This document shows positions 1 to 10,672 of a stretch of DNA of 32,415 nucleotides, in pieces. The stretch's first letter is position 1. Each line of letters starts with the position of its first letter. The notes below the pieces were generated by a model. It searched no databases, was not told the DNA's origin, and saw nothing but the letters and a program-made list of their open reading frames with translations. This DNA comes from Phoronis australis (taxonomy: Eukaryota > Animalia > Phoronida). A program made the position numbers and the translations under genes. The stretch is from positions 1 through 32,415 of the forward strand of contig NMRA01000614.1 of assembly GCA_002633005.1 (NCBI GenBank), written 5' to 3'.

Positions 1-810
1 TCTGTTTTCAGAAAATGGATCCAAATAATTTAAGACCCCCATGGCTCGCGTAATCAACAACGGCTTTACTACCAGATCTTTTCCACTCCAACGGGGAGTG
101 CGACAGGATGACTCACTCTCTGGGCCCTTGTTTTGCTTAGCTGTTGAGGTTATGGCAAATTATTTCAGATCAAGTGATGTTATTTCAGGAATTAAAATCG
201 ATAATACTGAAATAAAGCTTGTCCAGTATGCGGATGACACAACAATGTTCTTAGACAATAATTTTTCGGGATATAATTGTTTTCAATTTTGGATAAATTT
301 GGCCAGTTGCCTGCTTTAAATTTAAATTATAAAAATGTGAAGAGAAAAAGCTTGTTCCGGGCCATTGCAAGGGGTTAAATGCACTGTCAGGCCAATCACG
401 TGTTTAGGTTTTTGGGCCACAATAAAAAGGAAAATGATCATTTAACTCATGACTTCAAAGTTAAAAGTTTTAAGAAAACTTTGGGCTTTTGGAAAAGCCG
501 CAATATTAGTTTATTGGGCAGAATAGATGTTGTAAAAACTTCGCCTTATCTAATATTATTTATGTCATCAATAATTTGAGTATTGATACTGCTCGTAGAG
601 AACAGATCAACTTTTTGATATCCAATTTTTTGGCAAAATAAGACTCCTAGATTGAATAGAAGTGGCAGTAAATACCCGTGCAAATGGTGGCTTAGCAGTA
701 CCAGGTATAAATGTTACCTATAACTCATTGTTAGTGAAATGGGTTCAGCATTATGTAGAAGGAGAGAAAAATTACTGGAAGTCCTTTCCAAATTTCCTTT
801 TAGGAGGTAT
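1..810 (+). mobile_element. Degenerate non-LTR retrotransposon (L1/Tx1-like) reverse transcriptase relic
   Basis: Broken frames give ARVINNG, RGVRQDDSLSGPLFCLAVE, QYADDTT (RT catalytic motif), WKSRNISLLGRIDVVK and GGLAVP, in the order typical of L1/Tx1 ORF2. Several stops and frameshifts. Confidence 0.9.
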
Positions 811-820
811 GGGTGTCTAT

Positions 821-1024
821 TGATACGCAGTAAAATGTAACAATTTCGTAAAATGTAACAACTGCTATGTTTTACGACATTGTTACACTTTACGTTGGTA
901 GACCTCTCCTAAAATTTAACAAGTTGTTACAGTTTGTGTAATTGTTACATTTTACGTCCAATGCACAAGCGAGAAATGTACCATTGTTACATTTTACGAA
1001 ATTCTTACATTTTACGGGTTATCA
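821..1024. mobile_element. MITE-like element (~204 bp) with ~40-bp terminal inverted repeats
   Basis: Left end tgatacgcagtaaaatgtaacaatttcgtaaaatgtaacaa matches the reverse complement of the right end, tgataacccgtaaaatgtaagaatttcgtaaaatgtaacaa. Internal copies of ttgttacattttacg. AT on both flanks. Confidence 0.8.
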
Positions 1025-1033
1025 ATGATCTCC

Positions 1034-1137
1034 AGAGCAGTGAGTGCAAGAAAACGACTTCTGTATGACCCCGACTGAGATTTGGTGGACAGATATTCAC
1101 TACTTCGTATAACAGTTTATTAATTTGAAAACAGAGA
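1034..1137 (+). repeat. Dispersed repeat fragment, copy 1 (related to 30860-30965)
   Basis: agagcagtgagtgcaagaaaacgactt...gagatttggtggacagatattcac aligns by eye with agagtaatgagtgcgcgaaagcgactt...cagatttggttgacagaaattcac at 30860. Confidence 0.65.
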
Positions 1138-2994
1138 ACTAAATCCCATTGTCAACCTCTTCACGGTCTCCGGAAAGTTCGCCTTGGAGGCCGAAATTCT
1201 CAAACCGCCGTTTGGCTTTCTCCGAACTAAAACTGTCGCTGTTTTTAACGTCACTTTCATTTGATTGGTTATGTTTTGACCAGACTCAGCGAGTACATGC
1301 ACCGGTCTATCATTCACAAACCCTTTTTGTGAATGGGACATTGCTGTCTACGCATTTTTTTTTCTCAGCTCGGCTAGATTTGACTAATCTCACAGTCTCG
1401 GTGTTCCTAAATATTGAAGAGCTTACAAAGATAAATAAAATTTGAGTAGCTCACATTGAGGTCAGTGTCTTTTTATAACCCCAAAGTGTCGCAGAATAGA
1501 GAAATTATTTCCTTGCTGGTTGAGTGTGTCCAGTCCGTGTAGTGGAGATTGGTGAAACTGGTGACCGAGTGTCAAAATATATACCAAATATAAAAAGCCA
1601 AATTCCGAAGAAGTGGCTATTTTTATCGGAAACTTGTGGTAATTAAGTAGTTCGGCCAAGCATACAGACGTGCTACATGTACATGTCACAGCGTCTGCCC
1701 TGTCTTGTGTTCTCTGTTCTGCCTGAAACCCCCAGATATCAGAGACACGTAACTTTTTCAATGTCCTTGATGATTTAAGAAAGACGTTCACAGTATGTTG
1801 CTCGGGTTGTCAGATCTCGGAAAAGTTATTTTTGCGGAGATCGGCGTGACTTTATTATCCTCACCCTGCAACGTCGACATTGTCGTCATCCCCATGAATT
1901 ATGCCACCATCGTCTTAATATCCAATTTCCAAAATATTAAAAAGTATGTGTATGCTTTATTTTTTGCAACTGCTACTAATTCCAAAAAATGAGAATACAA
2001 ACATAATTCAGTCATGTAGTTGTTGAGTTAGAAATTATTAATAACTTGGTATGTAGTTTTAAGAAAATCACTTGTTAAAAACGAATGTGACAGAAACGGT
2101 GGTTCTGTGTTTCAGAAAAATGGATTTAGTTTTAAAGGTTTTTTTGAATCACGAAGTTACATGTAGCTCCCTCACTTTTGCCCCAAATTTCTCCTTGCCA
2201 TGATAGCCATCACTTTTTACCGTCAATAGGCACTGAAGAGACATCTGCCGTCTTACGCAGAAGCAGGCTGGGATAGATGACGAGTGTAATACACATTAAT
2301 GACTCATCATGTGTTGGAAATGATTTATTATTTTCATCTGATTTCATGTGACAACATTGCGTTTCATCGTAGCTAACTATTATCTATTTTTGGAATTTTC
2401 TGCAGATTTTTTACACCAGTAAATTAATTCTGCAAACGTCACAATCATCATAAGTGTAACGTCTATTAAACACATCAACTTTTAACTACATGCATACATG
2501 TATTTACCAATTGTGAACAGCGGTATTTCTATTTCTGTCATCCACAATCTCAAGACCTCCATACTTTTCCAAGCCGAGTATGAATTAAACTAAACAACAT
2601 TTTAGGAAACATCCAATGCAACGGCATAGTTGCCAACTCTCGATAATAAAAAAGGACATCTAGATCTAGGCCACACCGTAAAGTGTGAAGTGTCTGTCGC
2701 AAAAGCGTTTTTAATTATTTTTATAGTTGTGCCTCAGCGAATGGAACGGGAAAACAGGGGTAAATTGTGTGGAGAATAGGAAATACGAGACGTAAATTTC
2801 GTTGCGTGTTAAAAAGAGGGACATTCTGATGTTGTGGCGGAGCGAGGTACAAACTTTCAAAAAGCGGGACAGTGCTACCAAAAGCGGGAAAGATGCCACG
2901 TACATATATGAAACTCTTGTCCGCGATAAAATGTTTGGCAAGTGCATGACGCACATTGATAACACCCTTCAATTATAGAACAGAATATACGGCG

Positions 2995-3362
2995 TAGCAA
3001 TTTAGAATACATCATTTCCATTTTAATTATGCACGTCTAATTAATGTAAAGATATCACACAAACAAATTTTGAGTTTTCCACAATAATATGGTTAATCAG
3101 TAAGGCTATCGATGCCTTGAAGCAACTTAGAACGCAATAACTTCACTTTAATTATGCACGTCTAATTAATGTGTAGATATCACACAGACAAAATTAGTAG
3201 GTTTTACAAAATAAGAATTAAGAATGTTAAGGCCTTGTAGCAACTTAGAATACGACTATTTCATTTTTAATTATGCTCTTTTAACTAACGTATAGATATC
3301 ACACAAACAACTTCTAGGTTTTCAAAATAATATGGCTAAACATCGAGGCTCTTGATGTCCTG
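2995..3362. repeat. Diverged tandem repeat, 3 copies of ~120 bp
   Basis: Units start at ~2995, 3120 and 3238. Each has agcaa(c/t)ttagaa...tttaattatgc...agatatcacaca. Confidence 0.85.
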
Positions 3363-3686
3363 GGTTACAAGCCCACTCGGATACAATGTAAATGCTACTT
3401 TTGATAATCCACGAGGTAAGGGACATCTCACCGTGTAGAAACTTAAGTGCCGTCCACGGATCTTATTGCTTTACAGCGAGTCCCTTAGAACTTAAGACCT
3501 GAATTTCTTTTTCAGAATAGCCACCATCATCTCCTCTGGAATACGAAAAAATACAATGTGCTAAACAGATTCATTACACAAACACTCTTTTTTAAATTCT
3601 TAATGTTTTAAAAAGTACAGATAATTTATGAAAAAAGGCGTCACTACGAGACAGGGCAACTTTGTGGATATAATCAAGTAAATTAC

Positions 3687-3801
3687 CTGCTTTTGCCACC
3701 AATTTGACGGCCTTACGCTTGAACAACAGCGTGGTGTTGCGGAGTTCCAGCAGCACGTATTCACCTTGCACTTTCTTTACGATAGCAGTGTGCCCAAGAG
3801 C
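3687..3801 (-). CDS. MIB-like: Exon of a Mind bomb-type repeat (SH3-like REP) protein
   Basis: ttacag acceptor and g|gtaatt donor. Encodes ALGHTAIVKKVQGEYVLLELRNTTLLFKRKAVKLVAKA. Its phase-0 start fits the phase-0 end of exon 6846-6990 (DMAA|ALG..). Confidence 0.7.
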
Positions 3802-3833
3802 CTGTAATAATTTAGATGAAAGAAAAATTAGGG

Positions 3834-4694
3834 TGGTTATATAATCCATTCGACCCCCACACCCCACGACCCCCTCGACCCACGACCTACGACCCATGAC
3901 CCACAACCCCCTCGACCCAGTTTGCACAAGCTCGACTTGATCTGAACACATATGTCGAACAAGCGCAGACTTGCAGGACCAACGGGATCGGCCGTGAGCT
4001 CGGCTGGCTTTTCCCTATTTTTTTCCAATTAACAATTAAGAGAGTCGATTCGGCAAGTTTGAAAGCCAAAAACAGAAAAACGTCAGAGCCAAATCAAATC
4101 AAAGACCTGCCAACGTTAGAAATCGTCTCATTTCCGGCAGAGTGCAATCGTCTCGTCTGCTCTTCACTGAATGGCAGATTCAAGCTATTTTTGGGGGGAG
4201 TGCGAAAAGGCCACGGATGTGCAATTTATTCAATAAATAGAGTTTGAAAAAACAAACTATAACTAAAAAGGCATCTCAATGTGACATATAGTATATTGTA
4301 AAAGAGTATATGACAAATAGCAACTAATAAAAATATGAAATTATGTGTATGCACGTTAAGGTACTCTCTCCCTAAATTTAGTAGAACAGGGTCATTGGTA
4401 GCCTTTCGTGGAACTATTTCCGTGGCAACGATAGCACACTCACAATCCGTCATTTTAATTTCTTTCGCCACTTTCTGTTTTTAAGCACCAGTCTTGAGCC
4501 AGAGCAGATTTGTGTACGTAAGTCTTATTAGAAAGTCACTCAGCGACGTAATAAGATAATGAAATATGCAAAACCGCAGTGTTACCTCTATTGCCGCAGG
4601 TCGTGGGTCGAGGGGGGCTGTGGGTTGTGGGGGGTTGTGGGTCGTGGGATTGTCGGTCGAGGGGGTGTGGGGTCGAGGGGTCTTAGAACAACCA
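3834..4694. mobile_element. Foldback/MITE-like segment bounded by inverted CGACCC-rich arrays
   Basis: 3834-3918 (tggttatataatccattcgacccccacacccc...) is an imperfect reverse complement of 4599-4694 (...ggggtgtggggtcgaggggtcttagaacaacca). No clear TSD. Confidence 0.6.
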
Positions 4695-4905
4695 AAAAAT
4701 TGGCATTCGACAGTAAACATATGGCTAAATACATAGTTATAGCCAATTCAAACGCCTAAAGATGAAAAACTATAGTTGGTATAGATGAATTGAATTGATT
4801 TCCTTCTTATATCGAGAATTAAGTTATACTTTATATCGTAATTCCGTCACTTGTGTACTTCAATATAATACCTGGAAGAATTTGCTAAGTTATGTAGGGC
4901 TGGTT

Positions 4906-5148
4906 CTAGTCCGAGATATATTGCAGAATTAAAAAGCTTCGCCAGATGCCGATTTCGTTACAAATAAATTTGCACATAAATAAATTTGCACATAAATAAA
5001 TTTGCACATAAATAAATTTGCACATAAATAAATTTGCACATAAATAAATTTGCACATAAATAAATTTGCACATGCTGTAGACGCCTCCATGTGGACAAAT
5101 TGTTCCAAGAATGACACTAACCATTGCAAACATTTCGTTACCAAACAT
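4906..5148 (-). mobile_element. Possible KDZ/Zisupton-type (HMGXB3-like) transposase relic
   Basis: GTICPHGGVYSMCKF resembles the CPHGxVYxxKF motif of KDZ-type transposases. Only one short motif is seen. Confidence 0.35.
4962..5073. repeat. Perfect 16-bp minisatellite (aaataaatttgcacat) x7
   Basis: Seven identical consecutive units counted directly. Confidence 0.97.
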
Positions 5149-5821
5149 TTTTCTCTATCACATCGCAACAATGTATGCTAGCAGATATAAGGCAAGCATT
5201 GTGATATGCCAATAATTACAATACAAAAATCCAAGTCAAATCAGAGGTGATTTCCGGACTCGAAAAGTTCGTTATTGCTGGAGACCCGCTCAACAATTTG
5301 GTTTGCTACGCGCCGAGTGTGGTCTCATGTAATAATTAGTGCTCAGATCATTACAAATCCAGAAACTTCTCATCTGAGTGTGGAACAAGTTGAGACCAGG
5401 TTTATATGTTCCAAATCGACGGTATGTACATGTACTATAACATATTGCATTTGTAATGGCAGACACTCCGTTGTAGTAGTGATACACCATATTTACAATA
5501 CGAATTAACAAAGAGAGTTTAAAACATATACACATGTACATGTGTGCATGAAGCATATAAAGACTGCCTGAAGGATTCAAAGAGTTCGCTTACCACGAAG
5601 TCACCGGAAAAACAATGTTACTACAAATTAATACCAATAGGGGACTTAAGCGCACTTAAGAGTAATGACAGCAAAAAACTGACTCCCGATTGATCCTGTA
5701 CAACATTGGTGAAGAAAAATTCAGCTACTACATGTAGTGGTTCATAAATATAAAGCAGAGGACTAAATTCCGCTGTCAGCCCCTCCAATTAATTATTTAG
5801 TTAAAAGTTCACTAATTCATT

Positions 5822-6013
5822 TTAAATTTTTGACACCTGCTGGGATTGGAATTCTATTAGCGGCAGCCTCTGGCTTTGTCGCGGATACATCTTCAAATAT
5901 GGAAGTGTACGAAACAGGAGGTTCTTGCTCATTAACTGATATTTCAAAAGGTTTGTCTTTATTCGTAAGGCATTGGTACATCCCACCGCACAGCAGTGGA
6001 AATTTGCCGGCAT
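5822..6013 (-). pseudogene. Internally deleted THAP zinc-finger relic
   Basis: Starts MPANFHCCAVGCTN (THAP N-terminal MxxxCxxxGCxN). The middle W/CxxHF motifs are absent; a shifted frame gives PPVSYTSIF, similar to the AVPTIF box. Confidence 0.55.
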
Positions 6014-6242
6014 GATAATAGGAATAAAGGGGTTAAAACGCTGGATCTGTCAGTGCCTCTGAACGCCTGTCCACCAAAGACCTTGTCGCCGTCTGGCGGA
6101 ATAGTGAATTTTAATAAGGCGCGGCTATTTCGAAAGTCAGCTACATGTACACATTAAAATAAATGAAACTGGATAATTTTGTAAAAGCACTTGGGATTGG
6201 TGAATTCAAGACAACTTTAGTAGCATATACTTTTTGAAACAG

Positions 6243-6800
6243 TTAAGAATAAAAATCAATGCAGACCATGACTTGAATTTTTTTGCAAAAAAACAATGAA
6301 CTTGTATAATATTTTCCTAAAATTTTTATGAGAAGGTAGTTAATAATATTTAAGGTGTATTGCAGACAGAGACTTTTGCAAAACTTTTGAGACAAATGTG
6401 TGCAATGTTCACGTAACAAACAGCGGGTAATGAAGTTCAACACATTAAAATATGGAGGTAGAGAGTTATGAGCATCTTTATGAAAACGTGTCAGGAATGC
6501 AGCAACATGCATTCGCAAATTAATGTTTTATTTTGAGTGTCTTTGTAGACTTGTATGGGCATTCAAATAACTAGATGTGATAATTCTTTTAAGAAGTTTT
6601 AACAACTTGACTATTTTATAATGATCACACTGCCATGGCAATATTCCATAATTAAACTGAGGCAAAGCAAGATAAAGAATCTTCATAATTTCAAAGATGA
6701 GAAGTGTACCTCAGTATCTGTTTAATATTTTCCTCACCAAAATGTTTGAAAATGACCTCAAAGCTGTATTCAACCTTTTCAAATAGCTTGAAAAACGAGG
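6243..6800 (-). mobile_element. Degenerate LINE (L2/CR1-group) ORF2 C-terminal relic
   Basis: Broken frames give KILYLALPQFNYGILPW, KRIITSSYLNAHT and NSLPPYFNVLNFITR, similar to the copy at 7495-8066. Confidence 0.65.
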
Positions 6801-6845
6801 GAGTGCACAATTAAGTGTGCAATTATCTAAAAGTACAGTGCTTAC

Positions 6846-6990
6846 TGCTGCCATATCGTCCGTCAAAGGACTGCTGTGGAGTTTCTTCAACTCCTCGACA
6901 TCGTCGATAACGAGGACAAAGTCCCCGGGTTCCAACACTGCGTCATGTGGGTGCTCTGCCAGAACCAACAAGTCGGGGTTGAAAACCCAG
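6846..6990 (-). CDS. MIB-like: Exon of a Mind bomb-type repeat protein
   Basis: cttttcgtag acceptor and gtaagc donor. Encodes WVFNPDLLVLAEHPHDAVLEPGDFVLVIDDVEELKKLHSSPLTDDMAA. WxFNP ends one MIB repeat; GDxVxVxxDxExLKxL..M starts the next. Confidence 0.85.
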
Positions 6991-7389
6991 CTACGAAAAG
7001 AGCAATATAGGAGTATGCATGGGAAAATGCTTGATGATCTTGCAACTCAACATAACTATCGCTAACACATCTCGTTGCACTAGTATTTAACTCTCTACCT
7101 TCTTTCCCAGGATCACGCTTCATCTAATTCTTCTTATATTAATATTACAGTTACATATCATGATAGCTTCTTTTAGCCCTGTTAGCCGGGACGTGCTGTT
7201 AACAAGTAAAACTTCATTTTTGGCAGCCGAGTCTGATCTCAGGAAAGAAGGACATGATGAATCCACAGAATTCGCAAGTTCCGTTCCAAAAGTTAAATAG
7301 AAAGACACAGAAACGTCTGTGAAATCGCAGCAGCTGAGGTAGGTAGCAACTTTAATTATCGTAATATTCCTTATTATTATAATCCATAC

Positions 7390-7466
7390 TCATCTCCGTT
7401 GATACACTCGCAAAAGACATCCCCATCTTGGTCGACGTGGTTCACGATCGCTTTCAAACCAAGACT
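7390..7466 (-). CDS. MIB-like: Exon of a Mind bomb-type repeat protein
   Basis: tatttcag acceptor and ga|gtatgg donor. Encodes SLGLKAIVNHVDQDGDVFCECINGD (LGxxxxVxxVxxDGDV motif). Phase-2 end joins the next exon in frame (GDD|WVFNP). Confidence 0.85.
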
Positions 7467-7494
7467 CTGAAATATTTTTTTTTGAGAAACACGT

Positions 7495-8066
7495 TCAGGA
7501 ACTGACATGAGGTAAGAAGGCATTGCGAACTGAATCTTCAACAAATGATTTAGTACAACGTGGAGTTTGTAGATGTCGTTGCCTAGTGTAATGTTCATGA
7601 ACAGAACCACGGGTTATTAAATTGAATGTGTTAAAAAATGAAGGTAAGTAATTACGAACATATTTGCAGAAAAAAATTGATAATAGCAGCAACATACAAG
7701 TCCTTTAATTTGCGTGTCTGTGTAGTCCTAAATAAAGGATGTGTATGTGCATTAAAATAACTAGAGGTAATAATGCAAATGACTTTTTACTGTAATTTGA
7801 ATATTCTATGATGTTCACACCCCCATAGCAGAAGAAGGACAAGACCAGTATATAGTTTTCAAAGTTTTAAAGGGCAAGAAATGTTTAATATTGTTAAGAA
7901 TGCCACAGAATCTGCTGGTCTTTCTCAAAATATTGTTTTTGAGTGGAGTCCGTAACAGGTTTTCGTTGGTGGTAACACCAAGTAAATTGAATGAAATAAC
8001 TCTTTCAATTTGCAAGTTATCAAACTTTAAATAAAGTTTTACATCACTATATAAAAATACCAACAC
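7495..8066 (-). mobile_element. Degenerate LINE (L2/CR1-group, Crack/Daphne-like) ORF2 C-terminal relic
   Basis: IERVISFNLLGV, SRFCGILNNIKHFLPFKTLKTIY, LPSFFNTF and HEHYTRQ (HxYxTR motif) occur across broken frames. Confidence 0.8.
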
Positions 8067-8499
8067 TCAATGGTGTGTAGTGCGACTGTTCACATGATTT
8101 TGAAACAGAGTTTAACCAAGTTGGAAATAAACATTGCGAAATTTTTAACGTAAAGCAATCCCTAAGTTTGGGTTTCTACAGGATAAATTCCTGACATCAA
8201 ATAACCAACCTGCCGGAGCTTTCCCAAGGTACACTATTGTGTAAAGGTTATAATAAATTCGGTTTCGCGGTTTGGCCAAGAAATGACCATCAAGGAATCT
8301 CTTGTAGAACACTAAAGGATACCGAGAGTACGACAAACATGGTTGTTAGAGAACCTAATTACGTTGGATTTAGGGATTTTTTTTAGTTTGTATTAATCTG
8401 AAAATGACTAGTGGAGTCAGCGACCCGTATCACATTGACAGTAGTGACGTGAGTAACGGAGACATTGTTCATATAGCAGTGGTGACGAAGAATTTTTTC

Positions 8500-9217
8500 A
8501 CGGATAGTCAGTGAGTGGGTATACTTTGTATGTTTGAGCCCGAGTATAATGAGGCAGAGTAAGCACAAGCACAACTGTCCCACTTGCCCCAGTGTCCCGC
8601 GACACACTCCCACTGGATGGTGACATGAGCACCCAAACTGCTTACATCCCGCAGTATGACTCCCTCGCATCACCCCTAGCTCCAATACTTTAGACAAGTC
8701 CACAATAAACTTATCAAAGTTTGGCTCACCGATCTGTTCGTTAGACGACGAACTTTCCTCTTCACTGAGTGTCGAACTGGGCTTGTATTCACTCCCACAA
8801 CTCAACATCGCTGCGGGGCTGCTTACAGGCTCTGTGCTAGAGACAACCGCAAGCTCTGTACGTTCGGAGGAAAAGGTGACAGTAGATGAAGTGCCTCCAG
8901 TCACTGTAGTGGCCACAGCTCGCGAGGCTTCTCGCTTCAAAAATGCACTTCTCGGTGGTGGCGACGGAGCACTGCCGGGAATCACGGTATGGCACCCTTC
9001 TTCAGGCGTTGTTTCGCAGGGACCTTCATCAATTCAGCGTATATCTCTCTCGTAATCTGACGGCAGAAAATGCTTGCCCTCCACTGCGTTCTTCACACGA
9101 ACGAGCCAAGTACGGCAAAGTGTGTCATCCTTCGGAAAGCGATGCAAAGTCTGGTATTTCCAAAGCGCGCGTGAGACGATAATGAGTACATCCCGGTACG
9201 CAGCAACAGTGTGGCAT
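8500..9217 (-). mobile_element. Degenerate THAP-domain DNA transposase (Kolobok-like architecture), 5' part
   Basis: MPHCCCVPGCT / LHRFPKDDTLCRTW / HFLPSDYERD / ELMKVPAKQRLKKGAIP form a THAP domain across frameshifts. Then an S/T-rich linker, KFIVDLSKVLEL and GAHVTIQWECVAGHWGKWDS, which resemble THAP-associated transposases. Confidence 0.7.
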
Positions 9218-9447
9218 GTTGTCTGACTCGTAAACAAAAGCAAACGACGACCGAACTTATCACAACCGAGGTAGAACTATGACTGACTCGACAGCTCTCA
9301 CAGTCAGACTATGTGAAAAGAAATTGGCTCGAAATTCTTGCCTCCAAAACGTCATTTCCGGAGTACAGGACGAGTAATTGATTGAAATTACGAAAAGCTG
9401 TAATTAAGTGAAAAATATGTCTGGGATAACCAACAAACATTTTTTTG

Positions 9448-10672
9448 CTAAAAATGATATGTAAAAAGGTTGCCTTCACCTTTAATAGCTTCAGCTGTAC
9501 TATCGCTCGCGCCCACACGTTGAGCGTTTGTAGCATCTGTTAGTCTACCTCTCACGTTCACCAGTTTCTTGTTTGCAGGGTCTGTTAGTCTATTGCTCGT
9601 GTCCAGCATTTTCTCACCTACAACATCTACTGGCTGATCGTTCGCTTCCACCAGTTTTTTATTTGCAGTATCTGATGGCCTATGGAAATTGCACACCAGT
9701 CTACTATTTGTAACACCCACAGGTCTATCGCTGATGTCTACCATTTTGTCGCCTGGTTTGTCGCTCGTACCGACTACTTTGACGTTTGCTGTACTTGCTG
9801 GTTCACCTCTATTGCCCAACACTTTCTCTTTTGTAGCACTTGCTGGTCTACTCCTCATTTTGTCATCTGGTTTGTCGTTCGTACCGACTTGTTTGTCGTT
9901 TGCTGCACTTGCTGGTTTATCTCTGGTGGCCAACACTTTCTCTTGTGTAGCACCTGCTTGTCTAGCACTCATGTCCACCATTTTTTCATCTGGTTTGTCG
10001 CTCGTACCGACTAGTTTATCGTTCGCTGCACTTGCTGGTTTATCTCTATTGGGCAACAGTTTGTCTTTTGTATCACCAGCTTGTATAGCACTCACGTCCA
10101 CCATTTTTTCATCTGTTTTGTCGCTTGTACCCACTAGTTTCTCGTTTGCTGCACTAGCTGTTTTTTTCTCTATTGGCCAACAGTTTCTCTTTTGTAGCAC
10201 CTGATGGTTTATCTCTCATGTCCACCATTTTTTCATCTTGTTTGTCGCACGTACCGGCTAATTTGTTTTTTGCTAAATTTTCTGGTTTATCTGTATTCAC
10301 CAACAATTTCTTTTTTCTAGCATGTGCTGATCGTTTACAGGTCGTGTTCAGCAGTTCCACGCTCTTAAAATCTGCTAGCCTGTCGGACGTGTACACTAGT
10401 TTTTGGTTCGCAGCATCTGTTGGCTTATCACTCGGGCTTACCAGATTGTCATTTGCAGCATATACATGTACTAGTCTGTCGTTCGTGTCAACAAATGCCC
10501 CGTTTCCTTGATGTCCGCTCATTGCCACCACTTTCTTCGTTGTGGCATCTATTGGTGTTTCGCTCTTGACCATCAGTTTATGATGTACAGTATCTGAAGC
10601 TGATCTGAAAATTAACTCGCTTTGTCTGATTTGTTGAAAACGAGAATTAAAATGAAATAATGTGTCGTTCAA
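9448..10672 (-). pseudogene. Low-complexity repeat ORF (41-aa/123-bp higher-order unit) split by a +1 frameshift; large exon or pseudo-exon
   Basis: ORFs 10154-10672 and 9448-10200 share KLVGTSDKP-type units. Removing one base from the T7 run at 10161-10167 fuses them (NREKTASAAN). Confidence 0.55.

Noticed and set aside
2711-2972. Overlapping minus-strand ORFs of 83-84 aa
   Set aside because: No recognisable motif or splice context. The same applies to most other short ORFs in the track.
4962-5073. Repeat arrays (also 14877-15440 and 25187-25460) considered as CRISPR
   Set aside because: Head-to-tail repeats with no unique spacers, no cas genes, and a eukaryotic context.
9682-10511. Hydrophobic plus-strand ORFs (110, 171 and 112 aa)
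   Set aside because: Antisense shadows of the minus-strand repeat ORF.
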